From: Bugula neritina
Lineage: Eukaryota; Animalia; Bryozoa
Direction: 5' to 3'
DNA: 64,000 bases
NCBI GenBank assembly: GCA_964035545.1
Contig: OZ037766.1
Coordinates: 33,511,672-33,575,671 of the forward strand
In this document: one piece after another, positions 1 to 30,405 of the stretch
Numbering within the stretch: position 1 is the stretch's first letter
Layout of the letters: every line of letters begins with the position of its first letter
The notes under the pieces: generated by a model
The model's input: only the letters and a program-made list of their open reading frames with translations
Told to the model about the DNA's origin: nothing
Database searches by the model: none
Program-made: the position numbers and the translations under genes

Positions 1-3000
1 GATATATTGTGATATATTAGTATGATATATTGTGATATGATAGTATGATATATTGTGATATAATAGTATGATATATTGTGATATATTAGTATGATATATT
101 GTGATATAATAGTATGATATATTGTGATATATTAGTATGATATATTGTGATATGATAGTATGATATATTGTGATATATTAGTATGATATATTGTGATATA
201 TTAGTATGATATATTGTGATATAATAGTATGATATATTGTGATATAATAGTATGATATATTGTGATATATTAGTATGATATATTGTGATATGATAGTATG
301 TTATATTGTGATATAATAGTATGATATGTGATATAATAGTATGATATATTGTGATATGATAGTATGATATATTGTGATATATTAGTATGATATATTGTGA
401 TATGATAGTATGATATATTGTGATATATTAGTATGATATATTGTGATATGATAGTATGTTATATTGTGATATATTAGTATGATATATTGTGATATATTAG
501 TATGATATATTGTGATATATTAGTATGATATATTGTGATATAATAGTATGATATATTGTGATATAATAGTATGATATATTGTGATATAATAGTATGATAT
601 ATTGTGATATAATAGTATGATATATTGTGATATAATAGTATGATATATTGTGATATAATAGTATGATATATTGTGATATATTAGTATGATATATTGTGAT
701 ATATTAGTATGATATATTGTGATATATTAGTATGATATATTGTGATATAATAGTATGATATATTGTGATATAATAGTATGATATATTGTGATATAATAGT
801 ATGATATATTGTGATATAATAGTATGATATATTGTGATATGATAGTATGATATATTGTGATATATTAGTATGATATATTGTGATATAATAGTATGATATA
901 TTGTGATATAATAGTATGATATATTGTGATATATTAGTATGATATATTGTGATATGATAGTATGATATATTGTGATATATTAGTATGATATATTGTGATA
1001 TATTAGTATGATATATTGTGATATAATAGTATGATATATTGTGATATAATAGTATGATATATTGTGATATATTAGTATGATATATTGTGATATGATAGTA
1101 TGTTATATTGTGATATAATAGTATGATATGTGATATAATAGTATGATATATTGTGATATGATAGTATGATATATTGTGATATATTAGTATGATATATTGT
1201 GATATGATAGTATGATATATTGTGATATATTAGTATGATATATTGTGATATGATAGTATGTTATATTGTGATATATTAGTATGATATATTGTGATATATT
1301 AGTATGATATATTGTGATATATTAGTATGATATATTGTGATATAATAGTATGATATATTGTGATATAATAGTATGATATATTGTGATATAATAGTATGAT
1401 ATATTGTGATATAATAGTATGATATATTGTGATATAATAGTATGATATATTGTGATATAATAGTATGATATATTGTGATATATTAGTATGATATATTGTG
1501 ATATATTAGTATGATATATTGTGATATATTAGTATGATATATTGTGATATAATAGTATGATATATTGTGATATAATAGTATGATATATTGTGATATAATA
1601 GTATGATATATTGTGATATAATAGTATGATATATTGTGATATAATAGTATGATATATTGTGATATGATAGTATGATATATTGTGATATATTAGTATGATA
1701 TATTGTGATATAATAGTATGATATATTGTGATATAATAGTATGATATATTGTGATATATTAGTATGATATATTGTGATATATTAGTATGATATATTGTGA
1801 TATATTAGTATGATATATTGTGATATATTAGTATGATATATTGTGATATGATAGTATGATATATTGTGATATATTAGTATGATATATTGTGATATAATAG
1901 TATGATATATTGTGATATAATAGTATGATATATTGTGATATATTAGTATGATATATTGTGATATATTGTGATATAATAGTATGTTATATTGTGATATGAT
2001 AGTATGATATATTGTGATATATTAGTATGATATATTGTGATATAATAGTATGTTATATTGTGATATAATAGTATGATATATTGTGATATATTAGTATGAT
2101 ATATTGTGATATATTAGTATGATATATTGTGATATAATAGTATGATATATTGTGATATAATAGTATGATATATTGTGATATAATAGTATGATATATTGTG
2201 ATATGATAGTATGATATATTGTGATATAATAGTATGATATATTGTGATATGATAGTATGATATATTGTGATATAATAGTATGATATATTGTGATATGATA
2301 GTATGATATATTGTGATATAATAGTATGATATATTGTGATATATTAGTATGATATATTGTGATATGATAGTATGATATATTGTGATATATTAGTATGATA
2401 TATTGTGATATATTAGTATGATATATTGTGATATGATAGTATGATATATTGTGATATGATAGTATGATATATTGTGATATATTAGTATGATATATTGTGA
2501 TATAATAGTATGATATATTGTGATATATTAGTATGATATATTGTGATATATTAGTATGATATATTGTGATATATTAGTATGATATATTGTGATATGATAG
2601 TATGATATATTGTGATATATTAGTATGATATATTGTGATATATTAGTATGATATATTGTGATATAATAGTATGATATATTGTGATATATTAGTATGATAT
2701 ATTGTGATATATTAGTATGATATATTGTGATATATTAGTATGATATATTGTGATATATTAGTATGATATATTGTGATATATTAGTATGATATATTGTGAT
2801 ATATTAGTATGATATATTGTGATATATTAGTATGATATATTGTGATATATTAGTATGATATATTGTGATATATTAGTATGATATATTGTGATATATTAGT
2901 ATGATATATTGTGATATATTAGTATGATATATTGTGATATATTGTGATATAATAGTATGATATATTGTGATATGATAGTATGATATGTGATATAATAGTA

Positions 3001-4450
3001 TGATATATTGTGATATGATAGTATGATATGTGATATAATAGTATGATATATTGTGATATATTGTGATATAATAGTATGATATATTGTGATATGATAGTAT
3101 GATATATTGTGATATATTAGTATGATATATTGTGATATATTAGTATGATATATTGTGATATATTAGTATGATATGTGATATAATAGTATGATATATTGTG
3201 ATATATTGTGATATAATAGTATGATATATTGTGATATGATAGTATGTTATATTGTGATATAATAGTATGATATGTTGTGATATGATAGTATGATATATTG
3301 TGATATAATAGTATGATATATTGTGATATATTAGTATGATATATTGTGATATAATAGTATGATATATTGTGATATGATAGTATGATATATTGTGATATAT
3401 TAGTATGATATGTGATATAATAGTATGATATATTGTGATATATTAGTATGATATATTGTGATATATTAGTATGATATATTGTGATATGATAGTATGATAT
3501 ATTGTGATATAATAGTATGATATATTGTGATATATTAGTATGATATATTGTGATATGATAGTATGATATATTGTGATATATTAGTATGATATATTGTGAT
3601 ATATTAGTATGATATATTGTGATATAATAGTATGATATATTGTGATATAATAGTATGATATGTGATATAATAGTATGATATATTGTGATATATTAGTATG
3701 ATATATTGTGATATATTAGTATGATATATTGTGATATGATAGTATGATATATTGTGATATAATAGTATGATATATTGTGATATATTAGTATGATATATTG
3801 TGATATGATAGTATGATATATTGTGATATATTAGTATGATATATTGTGATATATTAGTATGATATATTGTGATATAATAGTATGATATATTGTGATATAA
3901 TAGTATGATATATTGTGATATAATAGTATGATATATTGTGATATATTAGTATGATATATTGTGATATAATAGTATGATATATTGTGATATGATAGTATGA
4001 TATATTGTGATATATTAGTATGATATATTGTGATATAATAGTATGATATATTGTGATATATTAGTATGATATATTGTGATATAATAGTATGATATATTGT
4101 GATATATTAGTATGATATATTGTGATATGATAGTATGATATATTGTGATATATTAGTATGATATATTGTGATATGATAGTATGATATATTGTGATATATT
4201 AGTATGATATATTGTGATATGATAGTATGATATATTGTGATATATTAGTATGATATATTGTGATATATTAGTATGATATATTGTGATATAATAGTATGAT
4301 ATATTGTGATATGATAGTATGATATATTGTGATATATTAGTATGATATATTGTGATATAATAGTATGATATATTGTGATATATTAGTATGATATATTGTG
4401 ATATATTAGTATGATATATTGTGATATATTAGTATGATATATTGTGATAT
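1..4450. repeat. 23-bp minisatellite (GATATATTGTGATATATTAGTAT)n, intronic, about 190 copies
   Basis: Directly visible tandem array with variants ATATTAG/ATAATAG/ATGATAG. No C seen on the + strand. It runs off the window start and ends about 20 bp before a 3' splice site. Confidence 0.97.
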
Positions 4451-4469
4451 AATTATTTGATATCTGCAG

Positions 4470-21937
<17,468 letters not shown>

Positions 21938-21941
21938 TAAC

Positions 21942-21947
21942 AATAAA
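21942..21947 (+). terminator. Putative polyadenylation signal AATAAA of the OLF gene
   Basis: AATAAA a few nt after the stop codon. Confidence 0.45.
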
Positions 21948-21951
21948 CTCA

Positions 21952-22100
21952 CTATTACTGTAATACTATAATATGTTATTCAATATTACTGACAGTAATT
22001 TACTGTAATACTATTATAGGTTATTCAATATTACTGATAGTAATTTACTGTAATACTATAATATGTTATTCAATATTACTGACAGTAATTTACTGTAATA
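21952..22100. repeat. Short tandem repeat of about 3 units (about 45-50 bp) with palindromic CAGTAATTTACTG core
   Basis: Repeated TACTGTAATACTATAATATGTTATTCAATATTACTGACAGTAATT. Confidence 0.8.
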
Positions 22101-22554
22101 TTTTACCCAGTTTGCCTAATTACCTTTTGAGCCAATATGGATATTTTCCGTTATTTTGGCATAATGTAAGTATACAGCTAACCATGTTTATCATTTTAAT
22201 GGTTTTTCATAATTTTAAGTTTTATATAAATGCTTCATTATTGGTTTGATGTTCCATATAGTAGTTTAATAAAACACATATATATGTTTTAGCTTGCTTG
22301 TCAATATATTACACACCTGTGCTACATTATATGATAGCTCATTCCACTTTTTCTAACCACTGTATAAATTGAAATACCGAAAAATGTGGTAACATTGGCC
22401 GTTTTGAGACATATTTTGGGTGTCATATGAAAGGATCACAATATTCTTTAAAATTTTTGGATGCTAAATGAAGCTTATCAACATATGCATTAAATGAAAG
22501 AATCATTTGCAGTTTGGGACTGCTAGATCTCTTGTGGTATTAAAAAAAGTAGGT

Positions 22555-24103
22555 GGCCAAAGTTACCCTATTTTCGGGGTTACTTTGGTCGGTATCGTTA
22601 TTCTCCATGTAGCTAAAGTTAGCAGCACTTGGAGCTTTTTTAGCCTGTTAGAAATTAAAGAACAACATTATTCAACTTCATTACTACAAAAAAAAATATT
22701 TTAGACAAAATGCAAGCTATAATAGTGTAATTATTGCATTGAAACCACAGCTATTCGAGGTACATTGTTATTAGGTGTAAAAATTTTTGTATATGTATAA
22801 AAAATCATGTAATTTGCTGGCAACGTTGAATAAATCACTGTACAAGTTCAAATTCCATTGAGTTTAATCTAAAATTCAAGTATGCCCTTTCAAATTATAG
22901 GCTGTGGCAGTTGTCTGTAGATTTTTTAAATAAAGCGTAATGTCTTCAGAATTAACTGTTGCTCATTCCGGTGCTATGTTTTGGCTACAACCTGTGAGAC
23001 AAGCTATCTTTACGTCTTGACATAAAACTAAGACTCCAGTGATCTTGAGGGTATATAGTTGCTTTTGAACTGTTGCACTCTTCTCTCACATTTGTCAAAA
23101 TAGGTCTTGACCATAATTCGAAAGTCTGTTTTATTTAATGGAAAGCCCCATTGAGCCAGCTTTGTAGTATGGTCAACAATGGCTACCTCCTCTACTTGTG
23201 TTAACACAGTTTGGTGTCCAGGCTTCAGCTTGTGTCTTCATGCTGCTCTGTTTTGTAGTGTTCCCTTGGTAATATCATATTTTTAGCCACTTCTTGTCAA
23301 GACTTTCCAACTGCCAATTCTTGTGAATAAAGCAAAACCAATGATCTCCTCAGATATACCATATCTTGAAGATGTTACTTTTCTTTAATATTTTCTGAGT
23401 ATGATTGTCCTGAAAAATACATTTTACAATGCATGGTCAAATTCTTATATAAAAAAAAACATTCAAACACAAAATTGCTGTCTGGGAACAAAAATGCATA
23501 ATTCCCCATGTAATTATTTCATATTTCGGACTTAGCTAAGTTGTTTCAAATATATAACTAAAGCCTTGGGTATAGGTGAATCAAATGATTGTGCCTTTAG
23601 AGAGTAATGTACTATGTGTCTGAAGTAACAGAAAATTTGCATCGCTGCCAGAAACCTACTTAGGAGTACCATTTAGTCATGGCCAAAGTTACCCCAAATT
23701 CGCCAAAAATTGTACACAGTGAATTTAAGACACATATTTTAATTTTGCATGGATTTCAATTTATTTACCTAAATTACAAATATCCTGGTTAAATACTTAC
23801 CAAAGTTCTTTAATCCAAAGAAAAAATGAGTCGAGCTTCTCTAATGCCTCCAAATAGATTAAAGTTGGACAGCGCTGAAAATCTTGTTGTCAAACAGGAA
23901 ATCAAAAATGGCTGACAGCAAGAAGCAGCAAATAAGTATATCAATTATTTTTCAGGAATAGGATGCACCAATCTACAGTCAGTGCATATATACAATTAAA
24001 ATATCTTTAGACTTCATAGATATAGCACCAGCTACATTTTAAACATTTTTTCCAAAGTGGCCAAAGTTACCCCACGTGGCTAAAGTTACCCCATTTTACT
24101 GTA
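22555..24103 (-). mobile_element. Decayed, internally deleted pogo/Fot1-like (Tc1-mariner superfamily) DNA transposon
   Basis: Minus strand of about 22960-23320 translates, with stops and frameshifts, as EVAKKYDITKGTLQNR...KPGHQTVLTQVEEVAIVDHTTKLAQWGFPLNKTDFRIMVKTYFD, an HTH_psq plus CENP-B-type HTH pattern. The right terminus is ...AAAGTTACCCCATTTTACTG|TA, with repeated GGCCAAAGTTACCC subterminal motifs (also at about 22555 and 23680). The left end is unclear. Confidence 0.75.
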
Positions 24104-24639
24104 ACATGTTTTATGACCTACGTCATTCTTTTTGCCTATCTATTCCACATCTTCATAAAGACATAAAATTTTTTACAAAATTACGACTATATACAAATAA
24201 GTTTCGGGGAATCAAGACAGACATGTTTTTATAGGAATGGCTGTAGACACATGTGGGAAGTTTATGGCTGAAAGGGTGGATGTTGTACAAACAGATAATT
24301 AGCTGAATATTTACAGCAGACAAAATGGTAGCCCCAGAGTCATTTCAGAGTTTTTATTCTTCTCATTCTTCTGATCTAACTTTACGATGTGTAATGACTG
24401 CAATGCGAGCTAAATAGGACATCATAATATCTTCAAAGAGGGCCGTAGGTGTTGCTAGATTAAATAGACCGATGTAGGTATCGTGTTGATGCAGGCTATT
24501 ATTAACTTTGATATTATAATTACATTGTTATTTTGGACATGGCATCATAAGTAATTGTGATTAGATGCGAACAATGTTTGACACCCCCTCTTATTTCTTA
24601 GTCCTCCAAAACTGTTGCTTGATTATCAATATCACTTCA

Positions 24640-24970
24640 CTTCGCAAGGCACCCTCAGCCATCGAACTCAATAATATTCCAGCTCAGTGCCCTCAGCCCT
24701 TTCCTTAGTACTCCGTCCTCGCAAACTGAAACATAGCCATGGGCCTCATAAAACCAAACGCTTGTGAAAATGGCTTAAAACAGCACAAGGTTGGTAGTCA
24801 CTGAATTCATTGACTCGAGTTGATGTTTTGGCTCTCGGAAAACGATATCTATACAAACACTGCATTCAACAACCCACTATTTTCGGCTGCTTTTAGCGAT
24901 TTCAATACTTGCAATGCATTCGCTGATGCTGGGCATCAGAAGTCGTAGAAATGGCAGAGACTACGTACGA
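24640..24970 (+). promoter_or_regulatory. CpG-enriched promoter/first-exon-like patch of the C2H2 gene
   Basis: Local CpG excess in a CpG-poor background; ends in ATG GCA GAG ACT AC|gtacga. Confidence 0.5.
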
Positions 24971-27900
24971 CTTTAAGTTTTACATGCATTCTAGTCTGAT
25001 AGTGAATAAGAATTAATAATACTATTAGTACCTCGGTATTAGCTAATGCGTATCAATTAAAGTTAGTATGGCTATAGTCCATAATCATAATGGATATCAA
25101 ATTCAATATGAATCACTATGAGTATGACTATCAGTATCACTATCAGAATGAGAATGTCAATTTCATTATGATTTTGATAATGTAAATGATACTCATAATG
25201 ATGATGATTATCGTTATGATAACCAAATCTGAAATCAAGTGAAATGATAATGATATTGATAATCGCTTATCAGTATGACAGTATGGGTATCACTTAAAAT
25301 TAAAGTGAATCATAAACATAATGATAATCATAATCACTTGATAATGATGATCCTAATCATAGTGGAAAACTAAAAGTAAATGTTCAGCATAATGGTAATG
25401 ATAATTTTTAACTTAAAGTTGATGAATATCATTAAGTTTAATTATAAAATTTTTAGTGAGGCTGAAAGGTTTAAGTTTGAGTTTCACTGTGGCTATCGGT
25501 ATCATACTGATACTATGACTATCAGTATTGGTAAGGCGATCTTATTTTTTATCTTTAAGTCTAGGATTATAAGTATAACATTAAGTTTAACTATAGTCTG
25601 TCTCTATAAGTATAAGTAAGTGTATAACTAGAGGTATATCACTATGACTATCAGTATCGTCACCACTGCCCGTATGAGTATGAGTATCACTAGGGGTATG
25701 TAGCTAGTGCAGGTGATTTTATATACGAGTCTTTTTGTACACATCTGCTAGTGATAGGTTGAGTCATACAACACTTCTTATAAGTAGCCGGCATATTTTA
25801 TTTCACTGTATGCTTTGGCTAATTATTATTGTGATATGTAGATGTTGCTTAGGAACTGCTCTTTTGCTTTAGATATTGTTATCATCAGTGGGACTAGATG
25901 GCAGCACATAGGGAATAGGTAACATAGGTACTGTATTAGTGTGGCCATAGGCTACCAATATAGGCATGGTAGTAGCTATCAAGTGTCACTCATTAGTATC
26001 CCTATCCTTATGACTATGATATTTATAGTTGTTTAATAACAACTGTAGTATTGGTATCACAACTCCTGAAATAACTACAAATTGGGGACTCAGTGAAAGA
26101 TTAAAGGAGTTTAAATGACATGGAGTAGATATACTATTAGCACAGCACAATATCGTATCTTTAAATGTCAATGAAACTGTTGTAGACAGCTTCATATGTG
26201 ATGGTGTGAACAGTAATGAAGTAGCAGAAGCTGTCCATAAACATGAGATCATATGATTCAACAGCTAACCCTCCTCTTGCTATGGCCCATTGTGTAAGTT
26301 TCTTTCTTCCAAATACACTGTTTCTATGCATGTATGTAGCTTTATAGAGTATAGAGTTTATAATGTAACTCAGGTGAGAGATGCTGGAAATAATGGTTAC
26401 ACTGGAGTACTATTTCTCTACCACACACTCACTAATCAGGTTATAGTTCAGTGGACAGGAGAGAATCTTGATGAAGATATCAAGGTACAGCTGGAGAGAT
26501 CGTTGTTGAGCAATATAAGAGCTAAAACTTCAAAGTTGAACTCGGCAGGTCTATCATCTCTACTGTCTATATCTATTATAACTATGTCCACCAACTCTAC
26601 TGTCTATATCTATTATAACTATGTCTACCATCTCTACTGTCTATATCTATTATAACTATGTCTACCAACTCTACTGTCTATATCTATTATAACTATGTCT
26701 ACCAACTCTACTGTCTATATCTATTATATCTAGGTCTACCAACTCTACTGTCTATATCTATTATAACTATGTCTACCAACTCTACTCTATATCTATTATA
26801 ACTATATTTACCAACTCTACTGTCTATATCTATTATAACTATGTCTACCAACTCTACTGTCTATATCTATTATAACTATGTCTACCAACTCTACTGTCTA
26901 TATCTATTATAACTAGGTCTACCAACTCTACTCTCTATATCTATTATAACTATGTCTACCATCTCTACCCTCTATATCTATTATAACTATGTCTACCATC
27001 TCTACCCTCTATACACATATACATGACAGACATGATGGAGAACATACGCCAAAAGTCCCATCTCCTGAATACAGACAAAACCATCACAAACCCTCAGCCT
27101 ACATCAGTTGATACATCTCTAAGCTCACGTCAGGGGCCTGTGACCACTACCTCTTACTCTGACACAAGCTCCAACCCTCCACTCATGTCTACTGCAGTCT
27201 CTCAACGTCTTAAACCTCAGTCTGAAGTTGCCTCGCTATCATTCAGTGAACCTTTAGCTCTGGGTGAGTGCATCTTATATCAAACTATTTCTACATGTTG
27301 TACTGTTTCATTACAACTATATTAATACATGATAATATTCAATATTAATACAAATAATCGTATAGCATTTTATGCTTTATATTAGTGGTGGCTACAATAT
27401 GCATAATTATAACTACTGGCCAAACTTTACTTCATAGTGTGAAGTCACCTTATTTATAATATAATACATCTGCATTTGTGTATGCTTGATATTTTAGACT
27501 TTGAAGTGAAATCAGAATCCGGGTTTGAAATTGACAATTTAGGTAAGTCAACATTTGGTGGGAATCACTCTTAGTTTTAGTTATAGTGTTAGTTGATATA
27601 CTCGGTTAGTTAGTTGATATACTCAGTTAGTTAGTTGATGTACTCGGTTAGTTAGTTGATATACTCAGTTAGTTAGTTGATATACTCAGTTAGTTAGTTG
27701 ATATACTCAGTCAGTTAGTTGATATACTCGGTTAGTTAGTTGATATACTCGGTTAGTTAGTTGATATACTCGGTTAGTTAGTTGATATAACTCAGTTAGT
27801 TAGTTGATATACTCAGTTAGTTGATATACTCAGTTAGTTAGTTGATGTACTCGGTTAGTTAGTTAATATACTCGGTTAGTTAGTTGATATACTCAGTTAG

Positions 27901-28763
27901 TTAGTTGATATACTCAGTTAGTTAGTTGATATACTCAGTCAGTTAGTTGATATACTCGGTTAGTTAGTTGATATACTCGGTTAGTTAGTTGATATACTCA
28001 GTTAGTTAGTTAATGTACTCGGTTAGTTAGTTGATATACTCAGTTAGTTAGTTGATATACTCGGTTAGTTAGTTAATATACTCAGTTAGTTAGTTGATAT
28101 ACTCAGTTAGTTAGTTGATATACTCAGTTAGTTAGTTAATATACTCAGTTAGTTAGTTGATATACTCAGTCAGTTACATGCTGTGTTGCAGAATCTGATC
28201 TACCATCACAATATTTGGAACAACCTCCAGCACTCTCAAGAAATAAGTCAGCTTCAACAAAGGTCAGCGTGCCTGTAAGTAGCACAGTGAGACTGCATCG
28301 GTGTAGGATGTGCGACTACAACGCCAAGTCTAGGGGTGACTTGATAAGACACAATCAGTGTCACACTGGGCTCAAGCGCTACTCCTGCAGTATCTGTGAC
28401 TTTACCTTCAGTCACCTAAACTCTCTGAAGAGACACTTTCTCTGTAGACATACGTCAGAGAAGCCTCACCAATGTCCTCTCTGCTTCCGGCGTTTCTCCA
28501 GACAAGATATCTTCGCCAGTCACATGAAAACTCATAACCAGAGAGGTCACATGACCCCTTCTAGTCAAATGACTACCACTGGTGTCAGCAGTGTTGGTGA
28601 TGGTGCACAGCCGCCCGTATTCCAGAATGAACCAATTATGTTTCCATTCAACTTAAATAGTCCTTCTCAGTGTAGCATCTCTGCAGCTAACACATCACTC
28701 AGTCACGCTTCACCAAAGTCTCCCAGGAAACATTCTGAGAATACTTCTGACTACTGTGATTAG
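24951..28763 (+). CDS. C2H2 zinc-finger protein with 3 C-terminal fingers, multi-exon
   Basis: Exons 24951-24964 and 25853-25918 (both tentative), 26340 or 26355-26548, 27030-27263, 27498-27542 (DFEVKSESGFEIDNL), 28192-28763, all phase-consistent. Fingers CRMC..H..H, CSIC..H...H, CPLC..H..H with TGLKRY/TSEKPH linkers. AATAAA at 28891. The 5' structure is uncertain. Confidence 0.8.
24995..25700. repeat. Cryptic 3/6-bp periodic low-complexity tract with drifting motif (tract A)
   Basis: For example ATGAGT ATGACT ATCAGT ATCACT ATCAGA ATGAGA; no single consensus over the whole tract. Confidence 0.7.
26549..27012. repeat. 37-bp minisatellite (GTCTACCAACTCTACTGTCTATATCTATTATAACTAT)n filling the intron
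   Basis: About 12 units starting at the donor GT. Confidence 0.95.
27587..28175. repeat. 21-bp minisatellite (GTTAGTTAGTTGATATACTCA)n filling the intron
   Basis: About 28 units. Confidence 0.96.
28192..28763 (+). CDS. Last exon of the C2H2 gene, three zinc fingers
   Basis: ORF 28215-28763 with three canonical CxxC-x12-H-x3/4-H motifs; acceptor ttgcag at 28191. Confidence 0.93.
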
Positions 28764-29179
28764 CTGTTTGGCCTTGCACATGACAATACTTAACACATGC
28801 AGTTTTTTCCCACACAACCACCAACTAATGTAATAGCATTGTATTTGGTTTCATTCCAATACTTTTATATCAGTTCTTTCTTCCAATCAAAATAAAATTA
28901 TAATTCAGGTTTTACTTGATAGAATCTTTGTCAAAGTACGCAATCGAATAATGTATTTGCAAAATAAAAATATATATACGGACTAGTGAATTTAAAAGTA
29001 TGAGAATTTTCCTCAAAATCCTATAAATAGTAAATTTCAAAATATTAGAAAATGCCTACCAGAGCTGCCTTCCACTAGCAAGGATGCTTTGCTGCTGCAA
29101 TTTTTGTTTAATGCATGCTTAAAAAATCATTCACGGTATTTTGTACTTTTATAAATGTAGGCAGTATACCAGTAGAATC

Positions 29180-29450
29180 ACTACATCGTCTGCAGCCAAC
29201 TCTCCATGACCATCAATCACGTGGTCTGTTACGGAGGACAAAGCCGCAGACGTTGTAGCAAGGTCACTCGTAATGCTGCGTCCTAACCGCGTGGAGGTGA
29301 CTCGACAGATATTCGCTCACTTACAGTATTTGGCAACTGCTTCTAAACGTAGTCAGCAAAAAGGTTTTACTTTGCTCTAGATCTAATAGTCAAACTCACT
29401 ACTGTTATTGTCAAATGGAGTTTAAATTAAGTGATTGTGTGTGCGAGTAG
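29180..29450 (+). promoter_or_regulatory. CpG-enriched promoter-like patch with E-box CACGTG (about 29218)
   Basis: Local CpG excess upstream of the second zinc-finger locus; possible ATG at about 29415. Confidence 0.45.
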
Positions 29451-29454
29451 AGTA

Positions 29455-30030
29455 ATCAAATTGATTATCATAATCATAATGATGATAATCATCTTATCAT
29501 GATCGCAAAGTGATGATCATAATAATATTAACACTAATAGGTAATAACTAATATTACTGTTAGTATTACTAAATATAATTATAAGTACAGCCATTAGCAT
29601 TATAATTATATAACTGTTAGCAGCTAAGTATTGCATTTACTACCACTACTATTACTATTAGTATTAGTATTACTATTACTATTAGTATTATCATTATGAC
29701 TTAGTCGTATGACTATGAGTATGAGTATAAGTATAAGTATAACTAAACTATGAATTTCCGCATGTATACTCACATACTGTTACTCATACTGTAAGACTAA
29801 CTGTAAGAGTCAGTGAACAACTTATATTTTGAGAACTACTCACATCCTTATTCCTCATCATATTTCATTAACTGATTAAGGACTTGGAATTGTTTATGGC
29901 CTGTAGTGTAGACAATAACTATGTGTATATTTTTATTATAATTAATATTATGTAATTTATAATTAATAATTTAATACTAATACTAATAATAATGTTAATA
30001 GTGATACTCATACTTAACACTCACAACGAG
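29455..30030. repeat. Cryptic 3/6-bp periodic low-complexity tract with drifting motif (tract B)
   Basis: ATCATA..., TATTAG TATTAG TATTAC, TATGAC TATGAG TATGAG TATAAG TATAAG, ACTCAT... Confidence 0.7.
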
Positions 30031-30039
30031 TGGTCATTG

Positions 30040-30405
30040 ATGGAATATCTTCGGATTAACACCAGTGACTTCCGGGGTTCCACAAGGAAGTGTGCTGGGT
30101 CCAACATTATTCGTTTTGTTTATTAATGACATTGTAAACCGCGTTACACATAGTACAATCAGGCTTTTGCTGATGACACTCTTGTCTATCTGCCCATTAC
30201 TGATCCAAATGACTATCATAAATTACAGGGAGATCTTTCTAGACTTTATAGGTGAGCAAAAAACATTTTGAAGTTTATCATCAAGGAAAAGTAATGTTAT
30301 CACTTTTGGTAAAAAATAGAAAATATAAAAAATGTCTTTACTTATAAATTAGGAGATGATCTCCGGAATAGAGTTGGAATCGTAAAATATCTTGAATTAT
30401 TGTTA
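30040..30405 (+). mobile_element. Non-LTR retrotransposon (LINE) reverse transcriptase fragment, frameshifted
   Basis: [24 protein letters not shown] followed, after a frameshift, by (F)ADDT. These are LINE RT motifs typical of CR1/L2/RTE-like clades. Confidence 0.88.

Noticed and set aside
25380-25619. Short ORFs within the periodic tracts (also 57096-57314 and 57502-57699)
   Set aside because: They are by-products of 3/6-bp periodicity, with no splice support or recognisable domain.
26029-26292. TGA reassignment or readthrough to rescue an exon-like segment
   Set aside because: A TAA is also in frame, the intact genes use TGG for Trp and contain no internal TGA, and the splice phases do not fit.
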